Source: a virus. From it: DNA of 64,000 nucleotides. A program made the translations under genes and the position numbers. How positions within the stretch are numbered: position 1 is the first letter of the stretch; every line of letters begins with the position of its first letter. The notes below the pieces were generated by a model. That model was not told where the DNA came from and made no database searches. It saw nothing but the letters and a program-made list of their open reading frames with translations. The DNA lies in IMG/VR virus record IMGVR_UViG_3300042893_000684, positions 40,427 through 104,426 of that record; one strand, written 5' to 3'. This document shows, one piece after another, positions 48,249 through 57,692 of this stretch.

Positions 48249-48563
48249 ATGGAAATAAACTACTTGTCTGTCGTAATGGCTATATCTGCCGCTCTTGTTT
48301 CTGGTATGGGAACAGCGCTTGTGGCGGGATTCAGAGACAACAAAAAAGAAAGAATAAGGCGTTCTGAGCGTGAGCAAGACCATTTAAAATTAGACTTAAG
48401 AGATCTTAAAATAGAGTTGTATAAGATTGAAAAAGAACTAAATGAATGGAAAGATAAGTACTATAATGCTATTCAGGAATTGATTGGGATTAAGGCTGAG
48501 CTTGAAGCAACTGTAATAGAATTAGCTCATTTTGAGCACCATATGGATGAGTTGGACAGATAA
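48249..48563 (+). CDS. Membrane-anchored coiled-coil protein
   Basis: N-terminal TM plus heptad repeats. Confidence 0.55.
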   Translation: MEINYLSVVMAISAALVSGMGTALVAGFRDNKKERIRRSEREQDHLKLDLRDLKIELYKIEKELNEWKDKYYNAIQELIGIKAELEATVIELAHFEHHMDELDR

Positions 48564-48587
48564 TTTTTCATTTAGTATACTGGTAGT

Positions 48588-49145
48588 ATGACCTGTATTG
48601 TTGCTATCGCCCAAAACGGAACCGTATATATGGGTTCCGATCACGCCGCATCAGATGATAAAACTGGCTGGATCCTGTCAAGAAAAGAGCCTAAAGTTTT
48701 TAAAGTTGGGCAGTATGGCATTGCATTTACTGATTCTTTTAGAATGGGTCAGATTCTTCAATACTCGTGGACTCCACCAAAATATACTCCAACAAAAACT
48801 AATTCTGGATTAGATAAGTTTATGAGAACTAAATTTATTGATTCTGTTAAAGTTGCATTTAAAGATGGTGGATACGGAAGTATTGGCTCATCATCAGAAG
48901 AAGACTCAGGCGGTATTTTTATAGTTGGAGTTTGCGGAAGGCTCTTTACCATAGATGAAGACTTTCATGTTGGAGAGAATGTTGTAAATTATATGGCGGA
49001 AGGCAGTGGTGGAATGATAGCGCTTGGAGCCTTGCATGCAACAAAGAAGCAAAGAAACCCTAGACTTAGACTAAAGGCTGCATTAGAAGCAGCAACTGAG
49101 TTTAATATGAGCGTAGCTGCCCCCTATACATACATCCAAGTTTAA
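48588..49145 (+). CDS. HslV/proteasome-beta-like Ntn peptidase
   Basis: M-T-C-I start (Thr1 nucleophile), GSD, K.F, GSG...A.GAL. Confidence 0.7.
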   Translation: MTCIVAIAQNGTVYMGSDHAASDDKTGWILSRKEPKVFKVGQYGIAFTDSFRMGQILQYSWTPPKYTPTKTNSGLDKFMRTKFIDSVKVAFKDGGYGSIGSSSEEDSGGIFIVGVCGRLFTIDEDFHVGENVVNYMAEGSGGMIALGALHATKKQRNPRLRLKAALEAATEFNMSVAAPYTYIQV

Positions 49146-49159
49146 GGTATAATAGTAAT

Positions 49160-49519
49160 ATGAAATGGATCATATTAATTTTGTCCCTGTTACTCTCATA
49201 CTTTGTGTATGCAAGGATTAAAGATAAGATTCAACTGTTTCTGCAAACCTATGAAATATTTTTAGTAGACAAAGAAGATGTTGAGCGAGAAGGAAAACAC
49301 ACTGACGACATTTTAAATCTTCGTCCAGAAAGCTATGATAGGTCTATGGATATAAGAGGGACTCCGACTCATGTGTGTCCTTGTGGATCACAAATATGGA
49401 GCCTTAAGGTTATTTTTGAAGATTTTGAAATTGCTACATATTTCTTGGATATGGAATGTGTTAGTTGTGGTAGCGTTGCAACAGCGCCTACCCCTGTAGA
49501 CAGAGAGGCAATGGAATGA
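49160..49519 (+). CDS. Membrane-anchored Zn-ribbon protein
   Basis: N-terminal TM; CPCG...CVSC. Confidence 0.55.
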   Translation: MKWIILILSLLLSYFVYARIKDKIQLFLQTYEIFLVDKEDVEREGKHTDDILNLRPESYDRSMDIRGTPTHVCPCGSQIWSLKVIFEDFEIATYFLDMECVSCGSVATAPTPVDREAME

Positions 49520-49695
49520 GAAAGTCAGAAAGATTAAGATTACTTGAAATGCATATGGTAAGACTTGAAATGATGGTTGAGTTGTATTCACAAAGCTTAA
49601 CTAATCTATTAGAATCTCAAGGGATGAAGCCACCAACAGATCTTGACGCTGGTAAATGGTATAAGGCTAAATTAGATAATTTAGACAAAGAATAA
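49516..49695 (+). CDS. 59-aa hypothetical protein (not in ORF track)
   Basis: MRKSERLRLLEMH...; ATGA overlap. Confidence 0.5.
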   Translation: MRKSERLRLLEMHMVRLEMMVELYSQSLTNLLESQGMKPPTDLDAGKWYKAKLDNLDKE

Positions 49696-49734
49696 CCTAT
49701 TGACAATCTGTCAATATTTAGTAGAATAGGTACT

Positions 49735-50694
49735 ATGAATAAAAAAATAACTATGGCTCTAGTGGCCTTAATGCTTACTGCACCAATCACGGCAACTGCT
49801 GCTCCTAAGAGTAATCTTAAGAACACATCTTTGCCAGCACCTACAATAGCAATCCTGGATTCAGGTATTGACATGTCACAACAAAAGATTAAAGACCGTG
49901 TAGTGTATGAGGTATGCTTAATTGAAATTATTGAAGGCTCTACATCACGTTGCCCTAATGGACAAACATCTATGGAAGGTCCTGGGTCAGCGACATTGCC
50001 TGTATCAAGACTTCTGCTTGGCGGATTTGATCATGGCACACTTATGGCAGATCAAGCTATTCAGACAAACCCTAACGTAAAAATTGTATTTATTAGAATT
50101 GTTGGTCAACGTGAAAACGGTGCAAGAGAATATACTAATGAAGCAACTGTTTATAATGCCCTACAGTGGGTTATTAACAATCAGTCTAAGTTTAATATTC
50201 AATCAGTTGCAATGGCACAAGGCTCACACAATGTAGGTGCTGTTGGAACAGATTACTGTCCAAAAACACCAACTACCGTTGATAAAGTAAAGTCTTTAAA
50301 CTCACTAGGTGTCGGCGTATTTTTTCCAGCAGGAAATAATAGCGACTATCAAAGAGTAAACTGGCCTGGATGTATCCCTGAAGCAATTACAATGGGTGCA
50401 ACACTGCCATCAGGATCTATTGGATTTTATTCAAACTATGACCCACTTTTGTTAGACTTCTATGCTCGTGGAACAACAGTTTTATACGGGCTAAATGCAA
50501 AGAAAACTAATTTTGCAGGAACTTCAGCATCTGTTCTAGTCGGAGCAACTTCGTGGGCAACTGTTAAGTCTGTTAAGTCTAACTTAAGCTATTCAGAAAT
50601 GTATAGTTTAATTTCAAGGACTTCTTCTATTACAAAAAGCTCAAAGATTAGCAAGGGAAATCTTATTAATCTACAGGCGGCCTTGAATGGCTGA
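49735..50694 (+). CDS. Secreted subtilisin-like (S8) peptidase
   Basis: Signal peptide; ILDSG, HGT, AGN, GTS catalytic motifs. Confidence 0.8.
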   Translation: MNKKITMALVALMLTAPITATAAPKSNLKNTSLPAPTIAILDSGIDMSQQKIKDRVVYEVCLIEIIEGSTSRCPNGQTSMEGPGSATLPVSRLLLGGFDHGTLMADQAIQTNPNVKIVFIRIVGQRENGAREYTNEATVYNALQWVINNQSKFNIQSVAMAQGSHNVGAVGTDYCPKTPTTVDKVKSLNSLGVGVFFPAGNNSDYQRVNWPGCIPEAITMGATLPSGSIGFYSNYDPLLLDFYARGTTVLYGLNAKKTNFAGTSASVLVGATSWATVKSVKSNLSYSEMYSLISRTSSITKSSKISKGNLINLQAALNG

Positions 50695-50899
50695 GGAGCA
50701 AGTAACAGTATTAGAAGGCATTGTTGCTGATTTAGCAAATGAACTGTATCAGAAATGGTATAACGCTGCTACAGAAGAGCAAAAGACAGAAGAAACTTCT
50801 AAGGCTTTAAGAGAAAATGCTACGCAAACTACATATTGGGTTGTTCAGGAATTTATGAATAGATTCAATGCCGCAGCAGAAGCCCTGAAAGATAAGTAA
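50687..50899 (+). CDS. Hypothetical protein
   Basis: Coupled ORF. Confidence 0.5.
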   Translation: MAEEQVTVLEGIVADLANELYQKWYNAATEEQKTEETSKALRENATQTTYWVVQEFMNRFNAAAEALKDK

Positions 50900-50900
50900 A

Positions 50901-51203
50901 TTGATCATAACTGATAATTCATTTAATGACATAGTCTCAACAAATGATTTAGTATTGGTTGATTTCTGGGCTGAATGGTGTGGACCATGCAAAAAGCTTT
51001 CCCCGATACTTGATGAGATATCAAGTGATACGGGCCTACTGGTTGGTAAGTTAAATGTTGATGAAAATCCATTAAAAATGGAAGAATACTCTGTACATTC
51101 AATACCAACTATGGTATTATTTAAGTCTGGTCAACCAGTTAAAACGATTGTTGGGGCAAAGCCTAAACATCTTTTATTAAAGGAGTTGTCCGAATGGATC
51201 TAG
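50901..51203 (+). CDS. trxA: Thioredoxin
   Basis: DFWAEWCGPCK, SIPT. Confidence 0.9.
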   Translation: MIITDNSFNDIVSTNDLVLVDFWAEWCGPCKKLSPILDEISSDTGLLVGKLNVDENPLKMEEYSVHSIPTMVLFKSGQPVKTIVGAKPKHLLLKELSEWI

Positions 51204-51394
51204 AATTTGATTCTACAGATGCTAATCATTTAGAGTTTGAAATATGGCTTAAGAATGGTTATGATCGTGGATGGGTATCAGATGTATTTTGTGATACACA
51301 TGATGGTCCACCAATGTCAGATGAAGAAATGCAAGAATGGGAAGAAGGCGGAGATCCCTGCTCGTTTCATGTAAAGATACATGAATTACACTAA
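51194..51394 (+). CDS. Hypothetical protein
   Basis: C.THDG...GGDPC. Confidence 0.55.
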   Translation: MDLEFDSTDANHLEFEIWLKNGYDRGWVSDVFCDTHDGPPMSDEEMQEWEEGGDPCSFHVKIHELH

Positions 51395-51442
51395 GTTTCT
51401 GTGCTCACATAAGAGGCAGAAGAAATAAGGAGAATAAATTAA

Positions 51443-52501
51443 ATGAAGTCATTTAAGAAAATCGCTCTAGCAATGGTTGCAGCCATTGCCATGGGTACAC
51501 TAGCAACACCTGCAAGTGCTGCGCCAATGGTTGTAACTTCTGTAAAGAAGAATACAGGTACGGTAGCAAGTCCGACATGGACAGCACAAACTGCTGGAAC
51601 ATCAGCAGCAACTCCAATTACAATTTCAGTTCCAACAGATAACTCTGTTGATTCACTAGATGTAGTTGAGTTTGTAGTAACAGTTGATACAGGAACAGCA
51701 GTAACTGTTTCAGCAACTAACGCAGTAGTTGTGTCAGCATTTGCTACATCTACAGCACCAGTAACAGCATCTTCAGGTTCAGCAACATGGACACAGAATG
51801 TTGGTACAGGTACAACCGCAACGTTTTATGTATATACTAAAACGACAGCAGTAAGCTCAGTAGCAGTTACTAACTTGGGCACAACTGTAACATATTACCT
51901 ACAGGGAACATCTACTCTAATCGACAAGATTGCCGTAACTGGCGTAGATTCTGCTCCTGCAGGAACATCAGTAACAGTAACAGCAACAGCACAGGATGTA
52001 TTCGGAAATAAGATTTCTGGAAAGACCCTAAATGCAATTGCTAATGGCGCAACCCTTGATACAGTAACTGTAACAACAGGCGCAACACTAACCAATTTTG
52101 GATCAGCAGACGTTAAGTTTGTTGCCCCAGCAACTGGCCCAGTAACAATTGTATTCTATGCAGCAACAGCTGATATGGCAACAGCAGTAACAGGATTCAG
52201 CACACCATCTGCATCATCTGTAAAGATTATTGCAGTACGTGATTTGGCTGGAGACGTTGCAGCCTTGACAACTCAACTTGCAGCAGCAAATGCCGCTAAG
52301 GCAATTGCAGAAGCAGCATTGGCAGCCGAAAAGACTGCTCGTGCAGCAGACAAGGCAGCAGCAGATGCAGCAGCAGCAAAGGCTATCGTTGATAAGGCAG
52401 CAGCAGATATTGCTAAGGCTACCTATGTCAAGGAATACAACGCCCTTGCTACAAAGTGGAACAAGAAGTTCCCTAAGCTAAAGGTCGCACTAAAGAAGTA
52501 A
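51443..52501 (+). CDS. Secreted Thr/Ala-rich surface protein (Ig-like, S-layer-like)
   Basis: Signal peptide ending PASA; beta-rich body; Ala/Lys coiled coil; basic tail. Confidence 0.65.
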   Translation: MKSFKKIALAMVAAIAMGTLATPASAAPMVVTSVKKNTGTVASPTWTAQTAGTSAATPITISVPTDNSVDSLDVVEFVVTVDTGTAVTVSATNAVVVSAFATSTAPVTASSGSATWTQNVGTGTTATFYVYTKTTAVSSVAVTNLGTTVTYYLQGTSTLIDKIAVTGVDSAPAGTSVTVTATAQDVFGNKISGKTLNAIANGATLDTVTVTTGATLTNFGSADVKFVAPATGPVTIVFYAATADMATAVTGFSTPSASSVKIIAVRDLAGDVAALTTQLAAANAAKAIAEAALAAEKTARAADKAAADAAAAKAIVDKAAADIAKATYVKEYNALATKWNKKFPKLKVALKK

Positions 52502-52507
52502 ATGCTT

Positions 52508-52542
52508 AAAAAGGGGGGCGGGATTAATCTTGCCCCCCTTTA
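52508..52542 (+). terminator. Rho-independent terminator
   Basis: GGGGGCGGGA/TCTTGCCCCC plus TTTT. Confidence 0.7.
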
Positions 52543-52559
52543 TTAACAGAAAGAAGTAC

Positions 52560-53327
52560 ATGAAAAAAGAAAATAAAGGCCCGATAGTTGTTTACTGGGC
52601 TCCGCATTCAATAGCAGAAGACGACGGCCTTGTAGGAAACTGGAACATGATGTATCATGAACCTACTAATGTATTTAAACACTGGACTCAATTTGATATA
52701 AAGTCTGAAACTAAAGAGGTCGATTCTTTTATAAAATGTCCAGCATTTAAAAATCTAAGCAAAAATATTTATTCGTGGCCTTGGCCTTTTGATTCAAGTT
52801 ATTCATATAAGGCTGCATCAACTGATTTAAACCAAATAGAGATTAATCCATTATCAGAATCTTTTGTCGCATGCTACCCACCAAGAAACCAGACCATGAC
52901 TGTTGGACCAAATATTGAATTCTCATATAGACTTCACATGTTTGCAGAAGAACCAGTAGAGGTTATGCTCACCAGTCCTTATCTGCAACAAGTAGAGTAT
53001 ATGAAGTATGGATTTTTAACAAGTGGACAGTTTGATATAGGTAAATGGTTTAGAACTTTAAATGTAGAGTTACAGCTTTACGGCAATGAAGGTGAGCTTC
53101 ATTTCAAAAAAGATGAGCCAATATTTTACGTAAACTTTTTAACTGATCGTAAAATAATTCTTAAAAGATTTGAATTAACAAAAGAGATAGACACTTATTC
53201 AAGAAAATGTATTAACGCAAAACATATGTTTGGATATAAAATGCCATTAGTTGATTCATATAAAATTTTTAGCAAAAGCAGAACTAGAGACATATTACTT
53301 AAAAAGATTAAAGAGAATTTAATTTAG
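52560..53327 (+). CDS. Hypothetical enzyme, distantly similar to 54639-55340
   Basis: KCPAF, G.FDIG.W.R..N, D.PIF motifs. Confidence 0.5.
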   Translation: MKKENKGPIVVYWAPHSIAEDDGLVGNWNMMYHEPTNVFKHWTQFDIKSETKEVDSFIKCPAFKNLSKNIYSWPWPFDSSYSYKAASTDLNQIEINPLSESFVACYPPRNQTMTVGPNIEFSYRLHMFAEEPVEVMLTSPYLQQVEYMKYGFLTSGQFDIGKWFRTLNVELQLYGNEGELHFKKDEPIFYVNFLTDRKIILKRFELTKEIDTYSRKCINAKHMFGYKMPLVDSYKIFSKSRTRDILLKKIKENLI

Positions 53328-53728
53328 TGAGCATAGAAGAATATCAAGATGAAAGAATTAGGCGACAGATCTCTAACGAGATAAGTGGTCTAGAATTGCC
53401 TCCAGAATGGAGACCAAACGAAGTAATAAGATATATAGTAAGGATAATAGAAAAAAGTAATGGCTGATAAAAAAGGCAAAACAAAACACCCTTTTAATAA
53501 AACAATTATTAAAGATGGCAGAATAGTTAGAATTAGAAAAGATGGGTCAATTAAGGCTGACCTAGGCCCCTATAAACAAGGCCCTGCTAAAAATGGCATT
53601 AAATAATGTTTAGCGGATTATGTGAAATGGCGGGATGCGGTAAAAAAGCAACCAGACTTACTTCAAAGCCAGAAGGCCCTATCATAGATATATGCGATGA
53701 CTGCTGGCATGAGCGATACAGGTCCTAA
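53327..53728 (+). CDS. Three coupled micro-ORFs (53327-53467, 53460-53606, 53606-53728)
   Basis: Overlapping start/stop codons; third has CxxxxC...CDDC. Confidence 0.5.
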
Positions 53729-53803
53729 TCAACTAAATGCTATAATAGAGGGATGAGCGGAATACTAGTCCCGCTTAAATAAATAACCTATAGGAGAAAC
53801 AAA

Positions 53804-54459
53804 ATGTCAGACGGAATTAACTTAACAGGATTTAACGAAACAAAGCCAGCAGGAAAAAACTCAATCGATGCATCTGGAGATTACTCACCAGCTACAGGAT
53901 CATTCCCAGCAGCAGCAGACAAGTCATCACAAGATGGCGCAGGTCTCGGAAACAACGGTAAGTAATCATGTCAGAAAAAGATATTGATCCAACACCAGTT
54001 GTTGAAACGGTAGTTGTAGAAGAAGCAAAGCCAAAGGCAGAAACACCAGCACCAGCATCAAATGCGGACGCTGTAGTAGATTACTGGGCGAACGCCTGGG
54101 CAAACCGAGGCGTCTAATGTGTATTGAATGTGGATGCGAAGCATTCGGTAGCGAGACTGGTATTGTTCCAGTTACTATCACTGATGTTTCAAGAGATGGT
54201 GAATCAGGTTTAACATTAAACATGACTTCAACACCTGAGCAGACAAGACAATTTATCAATGAGTGAAAACGGAACAGGTATGGCAACACCACCAGTTTCT
54301 GAGCCATCAGGAGCGGTCACAAGTCGAGAAACACCAAGAAAGTATCCTAAACAAGGAACAAGATCTGGAATTAAGATAGACCAAAATAAGCATGGCATAC
54401 GAAGAGAAACATCGCTAGACCCAAAGCCACCAAGAAAAGGCAGACCTAAAAAAGTATAA
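53804..54459 (+). CDS. Four-peptide operon (53804-53965, 53968-54117, 54117-54266, 54259-54459)
   Basis: TGCTATAAT upstream, SD AGGAG, coupling, hairpin at 54468-54493. Confidence 0.6.
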
Positions 54460-54509
54460 CTAAATAGATATGGCCTCAGAAATGGGGCCATATTACTTTA
54501 AGGATAAAT

Positions 54510-54599
54510 ATGTGTAAGAATTGTGGAAACTGTTCATCAGAGCACGGCGGAAGAACGATAGATGATGCAGTAGACGAAATATTAGATTCACCAATATAG
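54510..54599 (+). CDS. 29-aa Cys-rich peptide
   Basis: MCKNCGNC...; SD AAGGA. Confidence 0.45.
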   Translation: MCKNCGNCSSEHGGRTIDDAVDEILDSPI

Positions 54600-54638
54600 T
54601 CTATTGACTATATTGCATACATTAGATAGAATAGATGC

Positions 54639-55340
54639 ATGGCTAAAAAAATATATTTTTCAATAATTGACGACACCGAATCTCTTTATAACCCAACTCC
54701 TGCAAGTAAGCTTATACCAGAGTGGTATAAGAATGCTAAGTCATATTTGAATAACGATAAAAAGCCAAGTATCGATGAAGCATTTGTTACTATTAAAAAG
54801 TGTGTTCCCGTATTTGATTCGATGACAGCAGGTTATTTAATTTTATTAGGACGAGACATCTACTGCGAACAAACAGAAACAGGACCATTCTTTCACTGGA
54901 GAACAGAAGGTGATGAAGAAAGCGGAAAAGTTCTTACTCAACATGTTGAGTTTCAAGTTCAGGGTCACCCAGATAATACTTTAGGGCATCAGCTTAAAAT
55001 TGAAAACCAGTGGATGATTAAAACAGAGCCAGGGTATTCTTGTTTGATTATACCCCCAATGCATAGAGACAATCAGATTGTAGTCCTTTCAGGAATAGTT
55101 GATACAGATAAATATTATGAAAAAATAAACTTGCCATTTAACCTAAAGAACGATAATTTTGAAGGAATGATTGAGGCTGGAACACCTATAGCCCAAGTAA
55201 TTCCATTTAAGAGGGAACCTTACAAAATGGAAGTTGTCCCTATAGACAAGAAGAGAAGCGCAAATAACAAAAGAGCAGTATCTGCCAAGCTATTTGATGC
55301 CTACAGAAATATATTCTGGGCAAGGAAAGAGTACAAATGA
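54639..55340 (+). CDS. DUF6065-like protein
   Basis: P.WYK, TIKKC.P..D.M..GY, GIVDTD.Y, GTPIAQVIPFKRE. Confidence 0.55.
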   Translation: MAKKIYFSIIDDTESLYNPTPASKLIPEWYKNAKSYLNNDKKPSIDEAFVTIKKCVPVFDSMTAGYLILLGRDIYCEQTETGPFFHWRTEGDEESGKVLTQHVEFQVQGHPDNTLGHQLKIENQWMIKTEPGYSCLIIPPMHRDNQIVVLSGIVDTDKYYEKINLPFNLKNDNFEGMIEAGTPIAQVIPFKREPYKMEVVPIDKKRSANNKRAVSAKLFDAYRNIFWARKEYK

Positions 55341-55963
55341 AATCCTTTTATGTTGAAAATATATTTGATCAAGAAACGTATACGGGAATAAAAAACTATG
55401 TCTACGAACATATGGAAAAATCTAAGGACTTTAACTACGCTCCGTATTATGGTAGATATTGGAACCTGATAGACTTCCCAGAAGATTTGCATAATAAGAT
55501 TATAAACAAGGCAAGAGAAAAGACGGGTATTGAGGATTTAGACATAGCCTATACTCAATGCATTAAGTATAAAAAAGAAGGCGAATCGGTTCCAAGGCTT
55601 GATAATCATGTTGATAATTTTTATGCCATATATACCCTAGACATAACAATTGAAACAACATTAAATTGGCCACTGACAATAGAAGACACGGACATGGAGT
55701 GTAAAGATAATTCTGCAGTATTCCTTAAAGGGGATGAAGACTATCACTCAAGGCCACCCTACCCTGGATCAGATGAAGATTTTATGATAATGCTTTATGT
55801 TAATCTTGTTCCGCTAGGCCATAAAATAATGGAGGACATAAAGACATTAAAGAATCTACCTGATTCAGTAAAAGATGTTTTTTTTAAGACAGTAATTCCA
55901 AACAATGTTAACCATAATCCAAATTCAAAAGTTAAAAAGCTACCTTGGGGAGAGTATAAGTAA
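55337..55963 (+). CDS. 2OG-Fe(II) oxygenase-like protein
   Basis: HxD (HVD), WPL, H.R. Confidence 0.65.
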   Translation: MKSFYVENIFDQETYTGIKNYVYEHMEKSKDFNYAPYYGRYWNLIDFPEDLHNKIINKAREKTGIEDLDIAYTQCIKYKKEGESVPRLDNHVDNFYAIYTLDITIETTLNWPLTIEDTDMECKDNSAVFLKGDEDYHSRPPYPGSDEDFMIMLYVNLVPLGHKIMEDIKTLKNLPDSVKDVFFKTVIPNNVNHNPNSKVKKLPWGEYK

Positions 55964-56656
55964 TTGGCACCCTTGAAATATAATAAAGTATATTTTTTGC
56001 ATACCATGAAAACTGGCGGTAGGTATATAAGAAGAAATGTTCTTTCTCCAATGAGGAGGCAGTTAAATGAACGTGGCATTGAGTTAATGATGTGGAATGA
56101 CGATTCGCACAATGGCTGGCATTCAAGAATAGATGAAAAGACATATGTCATAAGCGCATTAAGAGACCCAGTTGAGCATGCCGTTAGCTATTTTGCTCAT
56201 GTTATTTGTCTTGATAACGAGGGAAATTTAAAAGAAAACTATAACTCTAGCGCTTTGACAGTAGAAAACCTAATAGAGTTCCAAAATCACGACCCAGTTT
56301 TTCCAAATTTTCAAGCTAGATCTTTTTTGCATCATGAATTAAATAGGTTTGAAATTTACGGCAATAGAAGGATATTTAACTATGACTTGTTTAATGAAAG
56401 AAAAGATAGGGTAAACCTATTCCTTGATATAAAAGATATATCTGGTAAAGATTTAGTAATACAGAAAAAAATATTTCGTGATTTAGGAATGTTTCATGCA
56501 AATCCAAGGTCAGAGACCTCTAAGTCTTTTTTAAATTTTGAATCTACTGATTTATTTAATAAGCTTTCAGATAAAGAAAAAGATTTGATTAGAAAATACA
56601 ATAAAATAGATGATGATTTATACAAAAATGCAAATTATTGGAGAATTGACTCTTGA
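55964..56656 (+). CDS. Sulfotransferase
   Basis: FLH..KTGG (5'-PSB), LRDP.....SY (3'-PB), N..D..LY. Confidence 0.7.
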   Translation: MAPLKYNKVYFLHTMKTGGRYIRRNVLSPMRRQLNERGIELMMWNDDSHNGWHSRIDEKTYVISALRDPVEHAVSYFAHVICLDNEGNLKENYNSSALTVENLIEFQNHDPVFPNFQARSFLHHELNRFEIYGNRRIFNYDLFNERKDRVNLFLDIKDISGKDLVIQKKIFRDLGMFHANPRSETSKSFLNFESTDLFNKLSDKEKDLIRKYNKIDDDLYKNANYWRIDS

Positions 56657-56687
56657 CAGACCTAATAAATTATTATATAATTGAAGT

Positions 56688-57443
56688 ATGATCATACAAG
56701 TTATAGGGCTCCCAGGAGCTGGAAAAACTACTTTTGCAAAAGAACTAGCGGATAGAATTAATGCAGTTCATTTAAATGCAGACGCAGTAAGAGCAGAGTT
56801 AAATAAAGACTTAGGTTTTAGCCCAGAGGACAGACTAGAGCAGGCCCGTAGAATGGGTGCTTTATCTAGACTACTGTCTAATCAAGGATATCATGTTGTT
56901 GTAGACTTTGTTAATCCAACGGCAGAGACAAGAGCAGCATTTGGTGATCCAGATAAAGTTGTTTGGATGAATAGAAAGCCAGTTAGAGATTTTCCAGATA
57001 CAACTGCTATGTGGGAAACACCCGCTAATCCAGATTTAATGTTTGACGACATGACAGAGTATAACGTTGCAGCAAGAATTGCATGTATTGATTTTGAACT
57101 ACATGACTGGAGACAGCCAACCACTTTGATGCTTGGTAGATATCAGCCTTGGCATGAAGGACATCACGCTTTGTATGAAGAGGCGGGGAACAGGACAGAT
57201 CAGGTAATGCTTGGTGTAAGAAATACTTATAAGACTACCGATAAAGATCCACTAGACTTTGAGCAGGTAAAGGGATACATATCTCAGGATCCTATTATGG
57301 ATAAAGCAATGGTAATTAAGATGCCTAACATTACCAACATTGTTTATGGACGTGATGTAGGGTATAAGATTGAACAAGTATCGTTAGGAGCAGAAATTGA
57401 AGCTATTAGTGCTACGCAAAAACGTAAAGAGATGGGCATCTAA
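56688..57443 (+). CDS. APS-kinase (CysC-like) fused to HxGH nucleotidyltransferase
   Basis: GLPGAGKTT, D.VR, LGFS.EDR; GRYQPWHEGH. Confidence 0.75.
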   Translation: MIIQVIGLPGAGKTTFAKELADRINAVHLNADAVRAELNKDLGFSPEDRLEQARRMGALSRLLSNQGYHVVVDFVNPTAETRAAFGDPDKVVWMNRKPVRDFPDTTAMWETPANPDLMFDDMTEYNVAARIACIDFELHDWRQPTTLMLGRYQPWHEGHHALYEEAGNRTDQVMLGVRNTYKTTDKDPLDFEQVKGYISQDPIMDKAMVIKMPNITNIVYGRDVGYKIEQVSLGAEIEAISATQKRKEMGI

Positions 57444-57488
57444 AGTCTGGAACTTTGTTACTAAGCCAAATAATATTGAGTGGCCATC

Positions 57489-57692
57489 ATGAATGTATCT
57501 AAGCAAAGATCAGCGCTAAAGGCTGTTACATGGCGTTTAATAGGAACGGCAGATACATTTGTTATATCTTGGTTGATAACTAAAGAACCAGTTACAGCAG
57601 GAGCAATCGCAAGCTTTGAGGTAATTACAAAAACAATCCTTTATTACTTTCATGAGCGTGGATGGAACAAAGTTAAATGGGGCAGAAAGTAA
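57489..57692 (+). CDS. DUF2061-like membrane protein
   Basis: RS..KA.TWR..GT.DT, LYY.HER.W. Confidence 0.7.
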   Translation: MNVSKQRSALKAVTWRLIGTADTFVISWLITKEPVTAGAIASFEVITKTILYYFHERGWNKVKWGRK

